Origin: Octopus sinensis
Taxonomy: Eukaryota
DNA length: 64,000 bases
Assembly: GCF_006345805.1 (NCBI RefSeq)
Contig: NC_042998.1
Span: 134,354,001-134,418,000, forward strand
Reading direction: 5' to 3'
Each line of letters opens with the position of its first letter. Within the stretch, counting starts at the first letter, position 1. Position numbers and translations under genes: made by a program. Below the pieces are notes generated by a model, which ran no database searches, was not told where the DNA came from, and saw only the letters and a program-made list of their open reading frames with translations. Of this stretch, positions 39,890 through 52,072 are shown one piece after another.

Positions 39890-41010
39890 TCTACAAATAA
39901 ATATAATAAAATTATGTAAATGTTGTGCTGCAAATGTACAGAATTTTGTACTATTTCACTCTGTTCAGAAAATTCTGTTACTTTTATCAGTATATTAGTG
40001 GTTAGGGCATTTGGCTCATGATTGTAAGGTTGTAAGTTTGATTCCCGGTGATGCATTGTGTCCTTGGGCAAGACACTTTATTATGTGTCTGTGGATTGCT
40101 CAGTCACTTGCACTTAATTTCATGAGTAGGCTGTTCCGTTGATCATATCAGCTGGGACCCTCATCGTCGTAACCAACGGAGTGCTCCGTATATATATATA
40201 TATATTTATATTCTCTTTTATACATATTCTACTTATTATACAACATTACTCTTTTATGTACACTTTTTTATGTACATTCCTTTATGTACACTGATTTATT
40301 CTGCTTTTTATATTTAACCCTACAGTCTCTTATGTGGTGGTTTAATAAAGTATGTGATTGAGTATTATCTGGTAATTGATATTTGATTTAGATGTATTTC
40401 TCCATTTTCTCATCTTGTATTAGTAATTTGTGGTAAATCATTTTACCTTTGCCCATATAATACAGTAAATGAATTGATTGCATCGCAATCATTAACATTT
40501 ATGTATTAACTTTGTTGGGTACTTCACTAGCAGTATATTGGATATATGTTATCCCATGGAAGGTTGCATTTACAACCCCTATCTCAATTTATATATATAT
40601 ATGTCAGATATTTTATCAAAAAGAGGTTAGTCCCTATTCATGAAGAAGTTACTTCGAAATTGATTAATTTTGCTTTACTTTAATATCCTCATTTTAGTCA
40701 TTCAGTTGGACTTGGGTCAAGTTTCTTACCATTGTAACGCTTTGCAGCTACTTTAAAAAAGTTCAACTAAAAGTTGCTAGGTACTTTTTGTAGAATGAAT
40801 GTCTTAATTCTGACAGCGCTACTAGCTTGTCTTTTTATTGGCTTATTAGGTCCCTACTTATTGATACTTAATACAAACATAAAAAGTAAAATTAAGAATA
40901 AACTTACAATGATATGTCGAAAATATTGGCATTTGTAAATGTGTGATAGTGAAAACAGATCGCAGCCTCTTCATAAACCACTCTTGTGGACTATGTCATC
41001 AATGAGCCAA

Positions 41011-41694
41011 TGTTACAGCCCAGAATATACACCTGCCCAGATTATACCTGGGGCTAGTCTGGGCTAGCCTAGACTATACCCACTTCAGACAGCCAGCCCA
41101 GAATATACCCCTGTTCAGACTATACCCCATGCTTGCAGACAAATAACATAAATGCATCTCGCTTATAAAAGTTGCCTCAGAACATATACAAAATTTGATA
41201 TCAATTGACGAAGAGTTAAAAGTTACATGTAAATTTCGATTTAAACAGCAATTTAGAATTGTCAAATGCAAATATTCAATGCACCGATATAAACCCAAAT
41301 GTATAGGTAGATTGGAAAAAAATTGATAACTCTCACATGCTGCACAGCACACCTGTACTATGAGTCATAGCTGGGACTCACGCAAATGTGGCCATTCATG
41401 TTGGGTTTATATTGGTACATTTTAAAGCATTTTGCATTTGATAATTCTAAATTGCTATGTTTAAATCGAAATTTATATGTAACTTTTAATTCTTCATCGA
41501 GTGATATCAAATTTTATATATGTTCTGAGGCAACTTTTATATGTGAGGTACAACTGTGTTATTTGTCCACAAGCATGAGGTGTAGCCTGGACAGGAGTAT
41601 ATTCTGACCTTGTTGTCTGGAGGGGTTATAGTCTGGGCTAGGCCAGACTAGCCCTGAGTATAGTTTGGGCAGGGGTATATTCTGGGCAGTCACA
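41011..41694. mobile_element. Fold-back DNA element with TIRs of about 290 bp, TGT...ACA ends
   Basis: Long imperfect inverted arms with repeated CCCAGAATATAC-like subterminal motifs on each side; no TSD seen. Confidence 0.8.
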
Positions 41695-41855
41695 TCGCCT
41701 ATTTTCAATCCTGTTTAGACTTGTTGTACCAATACCCTTGCACCAGTCAATAAAGCCACAGAAAGACGCCTGCATTCAAGTACATGTGTGTATGCCCTGC
41801 ATGCATCATGACGCATTACCTCAAATGCATTCTATCTGTAAAGTTTTATTTAACA

Positions 41856-42253
41856 CTAGCAGTATCGCCCGGCGTTGCTCGGGTTTGTAAAGGAAATAAC
41901 TATATAAGCATTTTTAGAGAGTTATAGCCAAAAAATAGCAAAAAAATGCATTAAAAATGGAAAAAAAATCATGGTAAATTTTTTTAAGAATCGTTGACTC
42001 ATCGTAGACATTTTTAGAGAGTTACTTCCCTTATATAATATCGAAAAAATGCATTAAAATGGAAAAAAATTATGGTAAATTTTTTTTAAAATCATAGACG
42101 CATCGTAGACGCGCGCTAATACCCAGAAGGGCTCGATATGAATCACGACTATAAGATACCCGGTTTTGGTTAAACTGCACCGCAAAATGTGGGAGTAGTT
42201 AGGAATCTAAATCGTAGGAGACAGACACACAACTTGACCTTTATATATAAAGA
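41856..42253 (-). mobile_element. Non-autonomous Helitron, family 1 (internal duplication of about 100 bp)
   Basis: Reverse complement of the 23356 element with intact TC/CTAG termini and hairpin. Confidence 0.88.
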
Positions 42254-43381
42254 TGTAAATTAGGGGTTCTGTGTAGTGTGTGCATGTTCAATGGTTCCAG
42301 TTTTAGCTAATACCAGAAAACCTAGGGTTTTAAGCATGAAAATCGGTGACCCCTTTGCAGACTCCCTAAAATTGCTTTGTGAACTCCCAGGGGTCCGCAG
42401 ACCCCAGTTTGAGAACAAAGACTCTAGACAGTGTGTGGTTTAGTAGTTAAGGTGCTGCACTGATAATCGCAAGATTGTGGTCTTAATTCCTGGACCAGCT
42501 GGTATATCATGTTCTTGAGCAAAACACTTCATTTCATGTTGCTATAAACCACTCAACTATAAATGATTAACTCTGTGAGGGATGGACTTGCATCAGTCCT
42601 AGGGCTTGTGACAGCACTTACTGCCTTCTTGGCTCTTATAATGAGTTTCACATTACCACAAAGTCAAACAGTTTGGAGGAAGTCTATAATCAATTACATT
42701 GACTGGTAAATATTGGTATATTGTGTAACACTCTATTGATTGTGTGTATTCACTGCCCTTTCAGATCATTGTAATAAATAATCTCTTACATGGGCACAAG
42801 ACTTAGAATTTTAGGGAAGAAATTATCAGTTATATCAACACTAGTATTTGACAGTTACTTTATTTTATTAACCCCAGAAGGCTGAAAAGCAAAGTTGTTT
42901 CCAATGCAATTTTAATTTGAAGCATAAAGTGATGCAATTAAATATCATGAGGTATTTTATCCAATGCTCCACCAAATCTGAGAATCCAACCACCACCCTT
43001 CTCAGCTCATTATAATGACAATATCAGACACAAAGATAACCTACTTCTCAACAAAGAACAGATTCACTTGATCACAGTTACAGGTGTGGTTGTTGATTAT
43101 ATATGGTTTTCAATTAAACTTATATCTGGTTTCCAAGCATTTATATAAACAGTATTTATATAAACACTACTACATTCACCGCACAAGCAATTATCAAACT
43201 GTTCTCTGCATTTCTCCTTCTTTTTACTACTGGGTAAGTCAAAAAATTTTGAAGTTTAATCTATTGTTGTTATTACTGTTGGTGTTTTAGTAATCTAACT
43301 ACAATTTCCTTTTTAAATTGTTTAATTGCAAAGTTGATTATTTTTACTGCTTCTTAGAATTGTTATTTTTCCTTTGTGCAT

Positions 43382-43678
43382 GGAAACATTTTTTCACTCT
43401 AAGAGTTGCTGAAGTATGTAACAAACTGCCGGCATCAGTTGTTAGTTGTCGGAGCACTGCATCCTTCAAAACTTCCATGCTTCCTGAGATTTGCCAATAC
43501 TACACCTGATTTTCTCCCCTCCATACACATGCAAGCATGTATCTGACTCATACACTGTTCGCTTTCCAGACATTTGTACATTACTGCATATGCTTTATAC
43601 ACACTTTTGATAAGCTGTGGTGCACCAGAGCACTGTATACAATAATTCATTATTATTATTATTATTAGTATTATTATT
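43382..43678 (+). mobile_element. CR1-like LINE 3' end with (ATT)n tail
   Basis: KHFFTLRVAEVCNKLPASVVSCRSTASFK followed by a 3' UTR and an ATT repeat. Confidence 0.75.
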
Positions 43679-44004
43679 TAAAATGGGTTGAATTTATCAT
43701 ACCACTGACCATGGGACACACTTGGCACTAATGGTGTATCACTTAAAGTATGGATTGGAAAATTAGAATCTGGGTGTGATGTGGAACTAGCAGTCTTGGA
43801 TTTGTCATTGTTGTTGCTATTGCTATCGTTGGTATTGATGTAGTTTGGATGATAGAGTAACAGAATCAATTGAACCACATGAACAAAAATAGCTTGATGT
43901 ATGTTCTGAGTTCAAATCCTGTCAAGGCTGATTTTACTTTTTACCCCTCTAGAGTTGATGAGAGTGGCTTTATACCTAAAAAGAATTTGTTATTATCGGT
44001 TGTG

Positions 44005-44230
44005 GTAAGGTAGCGAGTTGGTAGAATCATTAACGTTCTGGATGAAATGCTTAACAGTATTTCACCCGTTGGTATGTTCTGAGTTCAAATTCTGCTGAGG
44101 TCAACTTTACCTTTCATCCTTTCGGGATCAATAAAATAAGTACCAGTTAAATACTGGGGTCAGTGTAATCGACTCATCCCCTCACCCAAAATTGCTGCCC
44201 TTGTGATAAAATTTGAAACCGTTATTATTG
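44005..44230 (+). mobile_element. tRNA-derived SINE, Meta-domain-like core
   Basis: Near full-length member of the family above; most CpGs decayed. Confidence 0.8.
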
Positions 44231-44819
44231 GTTGTGGTGATGATGACTTCTTAGATGAGTGAAAAAGCCGCACACATTTTGAGAGAAAATAAAATCAATT
44301 TTATTGACTCCTGAGACGATGAAAATGTTAGTAGGCTGTGGTAGGACTTGAACTCAGAACATAATGATGATGTTATTGTTGTTTTTAAATTATTCCAATC
44401 ATTTCAACTCAGCCACGCTAGACCTTCCATTTAACTTTTGTTGTCTAGCCCTCAGGTCTTTGAACAAAAGCATTCCATCTTTTATTCAGACAGTATATTT
44501 GGAACTGCATTGTGTAATATGCCCTACTCTTCTAAAGATGTTTAAGGTGTGAATTGAGGGATATGTGGCAGGCATTTTTAGCAGGACATGCAACTACAGT
44601 GAATCCTAAACAATTTTCAGTTCAGTTTGTGTTTGAATGATGCTTATTTTGTTTACATTAAGAGACATGCATTCTCCAGATGGAGAGATATTTCTTTTAA
44701 TAGGATGGCCTCTTTCCATAGCTATTTAGGTCCTTTAAAAGTAAAGAATGGTAATAAGTAAGTGAGTTTAGTCCACTTGACATGTCTTTTGAATTGTCAC
44801 ATGTTTTATTATTATTATT

Positions 44820-45373
44820 GAGTGAGAGAGCAGTTCATGCCATCAAAGTGACACTGGGGTAAAATATACGAAGCCCAATATACCCATCATGACTACCCGT
44901 CTGATAAGGGTACACCAGGCACATGCATCACAACCATATGTGCGCAACATGGTGATCTCATATCAAGATAAACAGCACATGACCTTGCAGGTGGGGCCCA
45001 GTTAGAATTTTCTTCAGGTTGAGTAGCCCATCCCGCTCAAAAGGTCCCTGAATAAGGGTTGTTTAAGGATGTTGAAAGAACCACCCATGTTTCCAGAGGT
45101 GAATTATTCAAACCCCAAAGAATCCCTCTCAACACATGGCTATGATGCTCCCCCACTACTTCTGCTCATGATCAGAGATGCACATATCGTCAGCCACTAA
45201 GGGACATGCTCAACTGGTTAAAGTCAAACAACTGACAAGCAAATCTGTGGTATTGAGCAGAATATTTGCTGTAGCCCATCTTTTATACCAAGACAAAACA
45301 ATGTACATAATAACACTTCCTATCAGTTAAGATCAGAAGCCATGAGAGCCACTGCCTGGTACTGCATCAGGGC

Positions 45374-45375
<2 letters not shown>
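44820..45375. mobile_element. Unclassified dispersed repeat of about 555 bp embedded in (ATT)n
   Basis: Shares its left 175 bp with 9250-9425; both copies are bordered by ATT repeats on both sides. Confidence 0.75.
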
Positions 45376-45420
<45 letters not shown>

Positions 45421-45849
45421 TATTATTATTATTATTATTATTGTGAATAAGTAGGATCCGTAGATCATCAGAATACAGGCCTTACAGTATTTCTTCCAGC
45501 TCTACATGTTGAGTTCAAATAGTGTGAAGGTCAGCTTTGACTTTCTTCACTTCAGGGTTATTAAAATTAAGTACCAGTCAAGTACTGGAAATCAATAGTA
45601 TCAATTAAGCTTTTCTTCAGCTTTCAGGTCTTGAGCCTGTCATAAAAGCAATTATTGTTATTATTGTTGTGGAGTGGCAGAATCATTAGAGTCTCACACA
45701 AGATTCCTTGTGACATTTGTTCTGGCATTTTACGTTCTGAGTTCAAATCTTACCAAGTTTAACTTTGTCTTTCATTTTTTTGTGATCAATAAAATAAAGT
45801 ACCTGTCAAGTATTGTGGCTGATATCATCTTATAATGGAAAGGTGCTTG

Positions 45850-46025
45850 CACTTTTCAGGACATTGTTGGCAAGTAACTTACTGCTATGGATGCCAAAGC
45901 ATCACTGTATTTGAGCAGGTCGTTCAAACAACACATGTAGAGCATCTCACCAAAGACACTGGATGCCTCCCCGAAAACCTGCCTCAAGTAATGCAGCACT
46001 GAGATGGATGGCATGTGTGGGTTAA
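45850..46025 (+). mobile_element. RTE-X-like LINE C-terminal fragment
   Basis: LHFSGHC..NLLLWMPKH..EHLTKDTGCLPENLPQVM..DGW. Confidence 0.55.
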
Positions 46026-47945
46026 AAATGTCTGAGGAAGCTCAACCCAATTATGGTGACTGAAGTTGATGTAACTGTTCCCCTCACCAACAATGTTAGG
46101 CTTTGTGCATCATTATCATCAATCATTCATATTCTATGTTTGGACAGTTTGACACAACCCAACATGTCTGAAGACTGCAGCAAGGATCAGCAAGAGTTGA
46201 TGGAGCTCTTTCTGCCCCATTTTCAATCAGTGCTGATGTTCCACAGGGTTGAGCTTTCTTTCCCCAACACTTTCTTCTATATATCCATGACTTACGAGCT
46301 GCCACATCCAAAAATGCCCACCCTCATGCAGACAGTTTTCTCAGTTGTGTAAGTAAGGTATGCTGTTATTCAATAAAGTACTCGATGCATGCTATTATGT
46401 AGTGTTTATATAGTAAATTTAAATATTTGCTCTGCATCATCATTATCATCATCACCATCATCAACATTCAACATCCGTTTTTTCATGCTGACATGGATTG
46501 GACAGCTTGACAGGAACTGGTAAGGTCAGGGGCCACACCAGGTTCCATAATCTGTTTTGGCTGGGTTTCTACTGCTGGATGCCCTTCCTAATGCCAACCA
46601 CTCCACAGAGTGTGCTGGGTGCCTTTTATATGGTACCATCACCTGCGTGTTTTATGTGACACCAGCACCAGTGTTTTTTCACATGGTGGCAGCACCCACA
46701 CCAATGCTTTTTACATTGCACATTGACTTTATGACCAGTATGTGAATCTAAATGCCATTTTAGGGATTATTTCAAACACTCATTCATACCTAGCTTTCAC
46801 AACTCTCTATCATCCACACGCAATCTAAATACCTCACATCAAAACTGCATTCATTTTACTAACAGAGACCTTAAGAGCATTATTAAGTGGAGCCTCGTCA
46901 ACCTTGTTTCTTTTAACAGCATAAAAATACTCAAACACTATTCATATCAAGAAAATCACATCACATCACTTCTCTACTAAACATGAGTGGCACTCAGCTA
47001 GAGTCTTCACAATCACTCCAAATACTGGGCCTCTATCACATTAACTATCCTTACATAGCTAGGACCACATCTCAAAGCTTGTCCCTTCTCTTCAGGGCCA
47101 GGTGATATTTCAGCTCCCAGAAGTTGTTGATCTTATGCAATGCCATTAAGCATTTTGTCTGACATGCTAAGGATTCTCCATGTTCATTGTCTTAACAATA
47201 GGAATGATAGGAATGAGGAAATGAGAAGCAAACCACTATGACATATGTAAATACAACATTATATCAGTCAATTATCAGCATAGTGGAACAGGAACTTCTG
47301 ATGTAAGTTTCTATTCATTCTGTTCAAGTTTAAAAACTAAGCTGTTAAAATTTATAATTTCAACTATACCATTTTGAAAAACTGGATTAAAAATGTGAAA
47401 GGAATTTTACAATCAAATCAACCCAAGTTCTAGCAGTGAATTTAAATAGAGTGATCTTGCTTATTCATTTAAAATTGTTTCCTTTGCTTGTACCCCTTGT
47501 CCTCTTCGTCCTCCTAGTAATCCATTCTAACATCTCAACTCCAATTTAGCATAATTCGTTATTTTTTTTCTCTTGTTCACCCATTTGAATAATCTATTGA
47601 GAGGTTATTTTTTTTACTTCTCAATCCAATCTTTCTTTAGTTCAGAAGTTATTATTTCATAATCTCCAACAACACCACACTTGCCGTTCTCCACCCACAA
47701 CTTGAACCCAAGTATATAAACAGCGTCTAAGACAAATCAATTTTACGGTCGGATGAAGTCAGCTCACAAGGAAAACTTTTAATTGACTGTCAACCTTTTG
47801 CTTGTACAAATATAATTGTGGGGGGCTGGTAAGAGAGAGTGAGTGTGGGGCATGTGTATGTATGTTCTATATTTACGTGCATATGTATATATATGTGAGT
47901 GTGTGTGTGTATGTGTGTGTATTTATGTACAGATGTATATACATA

Positions 47946-49830
47946 TCTCTATATCTATAAACGGCAAAATGTCTGTGTATCTGTGTGTTTGCGTGTCCTT
48001 TATACAAATCCACAGTTTTTCACGTAAAAGGCTCGCATTTTCTATGGACTTTCAAAACTGTCTGAGGGTAGTCGTGAAGATCTTTTCATTTCCCCAGTCA
48101 CCCCAGAAAGCCATTAAAAAAATCGATAAACCTACCTGTTATGTTTCAGGTAACGAAAGTCTTTATTACAAGGGACGTAACTCACTTAATCCAGCGGCTT
48201 AATATAAAGATATTAAACCATATCAAGGGAAATAACTCTTTAAAACTCTGCATTTCCCTCCCTTTGTTATGTATCACACCTCAATACTGTACCAGACCAA
48301 TTTATCCATTTTATGACCGTAACTGTCCCAGATTTCTGGATTTTCCAGTTTCCCAGAGAATTTCTAAACGTTTGCTTAAAATCTCTATATCTATAAACGG
48401 CAAAATATCTCTGTATCTGTGTGTCTGTGTGTCCTTTATACAAATACACAGTTTTTCACGTAAAAGGTTTGCATTTTCTATGGACTTTCAAAACTGTCTG
48501 AGGGTGGTCGTGAAGATCTTTTCCTTTTCCCCAGTCACCCCAGAAAGCCATTAAAAAATCGATAAACCGACCCCTTATGCCATAAGTTATGGGCATATCC
48601 ATTCAAAATCGCTAAAACATAGAAATTTGTACGCGGTGCGTGCGTACAGCTAGATACGCCAATAGACTGCCAGCTGTTTTTTTTTTATTGGACGGAGGTA
48701 ATTTTACCCCTGACAGTTGAATGCGCGTGCGCATTTGCAGAGTCTGTATGACTCAACGCATTTTTGTGTTTTGCAAAGACGCGTTATCAAGTGTTTTGGC
48801 TTTCAAAAGTGCACGCTTTTTTGATTTGAGAAATGCAGGGAATAGTTAACGAGTTAGGATCTCCAAAGCTACATTCTTCAATGGTTCTTAATCCAATGCA
48901 GTCGTCCTCCTCCGAAACAAATCAGTCATGCACATCTCCACAGCCAATTTCCTCAACAGCTATGTCATTTAGAACCCCTACAATGAATTAGTGATAGATC
49001 GGGATTAGAAGCTGCCTATTAGAGGCGCCCGAGCCCCCTCCCGTAAGGTTAGTCTAGGTTTTAATAAGAGGCTTAGTTGTGTTCCGAACCTAACCTCCTC
49101 CGTTTCAGTGAATCGGGAGCCCAATTAGCCTTCCGGCGAAAAGGCATACCTATTATTTATACCTTAGTTAACCTTGATGTCTTACGTGCCTCTACGCGTC
49201 ATGAACGTATAACTATTGACCTTACTGCGTTACTTGCTTCAATGCGTCATATTCATAAAATCACTTTGAATGCTGTTTTTTGTGCTCTAATTGCTCTGCC
49301 TTTTCGCTGGAATCAGCACTTTTCTTCCCACCATTGCTATTCACTTATAGGACGAGGGGGTTAGGTGAGGAGGTTGGTGTCAAAAGGGCTGGCATGTGGA
49401 ACTTGATCACCTCTGCCAATCAAACTCCCAATCCATGCGTTCCCGTCGCGACACTGATTGCGCAGAACTGGGTTGGGTGTGAAACGAAAACTCAACAAAC
49501 GAGATTTATGTGTATTTTCAAAATCATGCTGTTTTGCGGCCGAATTCGAGTTTTTCGCTTTCTTCTGCTTCCTTTTTTGTCCGACTAATGGCACGTGCAC
49601 AGTCCCGCTAATTTTCCATGAATATGCCGTTCCAGGTGTGAAAACCGAAGTCCAGTGAATATTAATTACTCTCATAAAAGGCTCCAACTATCCCATAAAC
49701 AACAAAACTGGCGCAGGCTGAAATGTGATAAGAAACTTAGCTCTTGATTTACTGAGAAATTTTTACTGCGACCCGGCAACGAACAACAAGCACCAGAACT
49801 AGATCCGGCAACGCCGGGACATAGTGCTAG
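47946..49830 (+). mobile_element. Composite non-autonomous Helitron, family 2, with two 5' termini (47946 and 48382)
   Basis: A|TCTCTATATCTATAAACGG twice (about 190-bp direct repeat); 3' hairpin CCGGC-AAC-GCCGG at 49805-49817, then CTAG|T. Confidence 0.75.
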
Positions 49831-49859
49831 TATATATATATATATATATATATATATGC

Positions 49860-50640
49860 ATTATCATCACCATCATCATCATCGTTTAACGTCCACTTTC
49901 CATGACGGCATGGGTTAGATGGTTTGACTGAAGATTGGCAAACCAGAAGACTGCACCAGGCTCCAATCTGTTCTGACAATGTTTCTACAGCTGGATGCCC
50001 TTCCTAACGCCAACCACTCCGAGAGTGTAGTGGGTGCTTGCTTCAACCATGCTCGAATGGTGCCTTTTACGTGTCACTGGCACTGGCATCGGCCACGATC
50101 GAATGGTGCTTTTTACGTGCCAGTGGCACGGGTGTCAGTGAAGCGGCACTGGCATCAATCATGCTCAAATGGTGCTTTTTACGTGCCACTGGCACTAGCA
50201 TCGGCCACGCTCGAATGGTGCTTTTTACGTGCCACTGGCATGGGTGCAAGTCAAGCGGCACTGGCATCAATCATGCTCAAATGGCGCTATTTACGTGTCA
50301 CTGGCATGGGTGCAAGTCAAGCGGCACTGGCATTAGCCATGACAACGATTTCGCTTGACTCAACAAGTCTTCTCAAGCACAGCATATTGCCCGACGATTG
50401 AAGGGTACTTTTACACAGGTTGGTTATGCGACACTGGTATCGGCCATGGCTACAATCTCACTTGGATTGCTGGATCTTCTTAAGTACAGCATATCTCCAA
50501 AGATGTCGGTTACTTGTCATTGCCTCTGTAAGGCCCAACATTCGATGGTTGTGTTCACCACCTCATCCTAGGTCTTCCTGGGTCTACCACTTCTACAGGT
50601 TCCCTCCACTGTTAGGGTGTGAAACTTCACACAGTTGTCC
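49860..50640 (-). mobile_element. RTE LINE 3' end with a tandem stem-loop array in the 3' UTR
   Basis: GRPRKT.DE motif near 50570; tail ...GGACGTTAAACGATGATGATG; five tandem ATGGTGCTTTTTACGTGCCACTGGCA units at about 50040-50340. Confidence 0.8.
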
Positions 50641-50679
50641 TCATCCATACACAAATGTATGCATGTGTGCGTGTGTGAA

Positions 50680-50850
50680 GGCGTGTGACTTAGTGGTCAG
50701 GGTGTTACACTGACAATCACAAGATTGTATCTTTGATACTTCCTGGACCGAGTGGCGCATTGTAATCTTGAGCAAAAGATTTCATTTCATGTTGCTCCAG
50801 TCCACTCAGCTGTAAATAGATAACCGTGTGATGGACTAGCCTTCTGATGA
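50680..50850 (+). mobile_element. Second tRNA-headed SINE family
   Basis: A-box/B-box-like head TTAGTGGTCAGGGTG..TTGATACTTCC, then CTTGAGCAAAA..TTCATTTCATGTTGCTCCAGTCCACTCAGCTGTAAAT; relatives at about 11580, 16435, 39995 and 42430. Confidence 0.7.
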
Positions 50851-51347
50851 GGATGAATGTTGTCCAGCCCAGCTAGCCAGCAAGGTGGCATCTTTCGAAA
50901 GTTAAAACAATGCGAAGCGCATTGCAACCAGCTATGTTTAACAATATCCAATAGTTTGATGTAACAAATAAGCAGCAGCCTTACTAAAAATTAATTATCA
51001 GTGACAGAAGCTGTATTAGTACCAAAAGATAATCTTTATATCCAACTAAACTGGGATGCCTTGTTAGAAAACCCAATATTGCATAATTAGCCTTGAGAGA
51101 ACCTCTTTAATAATTTGATAATTTTTAATAAACTTGCTGGGTGTTTGTGACATCAGCACCTGAAAAGATGATTATATCCTATATATTGTAGTACCGAGAT
51201 CTGACTGGTATGAGGTGACCAATAGACCAAAATCACATAATATGGGAATTCTAGCGAACATGGCAGACAAATTTCTTCTGCTACGATTGAAATGTTTGCT
51301 TTTATACACCAAACACCTAAATGAGAGGATCTCTCAAGGCTAACAAC

Positions 51348-51439
51348 ACAATTTTGTGTAAACAGTACCTTATCCTGTACCTTGGTGGTCCAATCTCAGA
51401 TAGGGAATGCAGGATAAGGTACTGTTTACACAAAATTGT
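51348..51439. repeat. Hairpin with a perfect 30-bp stem and 32-nt loop region
   Basis: ACAATTTTGTGTAAACAGTACCTTATCCTG (51348-51377) / CAGGATAAGGTACTGTTTACACAAAATTGT (51410-51439). Confidence 0.9.
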
Positions 51440-51466
51440 CATGGATTACCAAGATGAATTTAACAA

Positions 51467-51515
<49 letters not shown>

Positions 51516-51552
51516 AAAATAGGAGATGTCGAACACGAGTGGTGATATATAA

Positions 51553-51757
51553 AAAAGGAAATGAAGAAAATGCTGACAAATAATTGAAGTAATTTAAGTA
51601 ATTTAATTAGGTGAAAGTTCTTTTTACCGGTTGCGCATTTGTTATGCTTATCAAAATATTTTGATAAGCATAACAAATGCGCAACCGGTAAAAAGAACTT
51701 TCACCTAATTAAATTACTTAAATTACTTCAATTATTTGTCAGCATTTTCTTCATTTC

Positions 51758-51762
<5 letters not shown>
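51553..51762. repeat. Perfect spacer-less palindrome, 210 bp
   Basis: Centre TCAAAAT|ATTTTGA between 51657 and 51658; produces mirror ORFs 51446..51676(-) and 51639..51920(+). Confidence 0.95.
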
Positions 51763-51844
<82 letters not shown>

Positions 51845-52072
51845 ATACACACACACACAAACTCGTAAGTTTCATACCAAAGTCTATCTGCATAAATCAA
51901 AACCAGTCATGGATTACTGAGATGAACTTACCAAAGATATATATATACACAAACTCTAAATTTTATTACTAAAGTCGACCTGCATAAATCAAACTAGTAA
52001 ATTTTAATCTATTTTCAAAAATACTTTCTCTGGAAAACAACATTCGATACATTATAAAAACCTTATCTTCTC

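Noticed and set aside
45315-45340. CCTATCAGTTAAGATCAGA, vaguely like U2 snRNA
   Set aside because: Short, gapped similarity inside a dispersed repeat; no other U2 sequence nearby.
47750-47812. CGGATGA...GAAA with ACGGT/ACTGT flanks; also a TATA-like TATATAAA at about 47722
   Set aside because: No stem II, a U4G change and an uncleavable NUG triplet. The promoter reading rests on a single motif.
50840-50905. CTGATGA hits at 6384, 27915, 50845, 53964 and (minus) 61980
   Set aside because: None has correctly spaced GAAA, stem III and a UH site with a pairing stem I.
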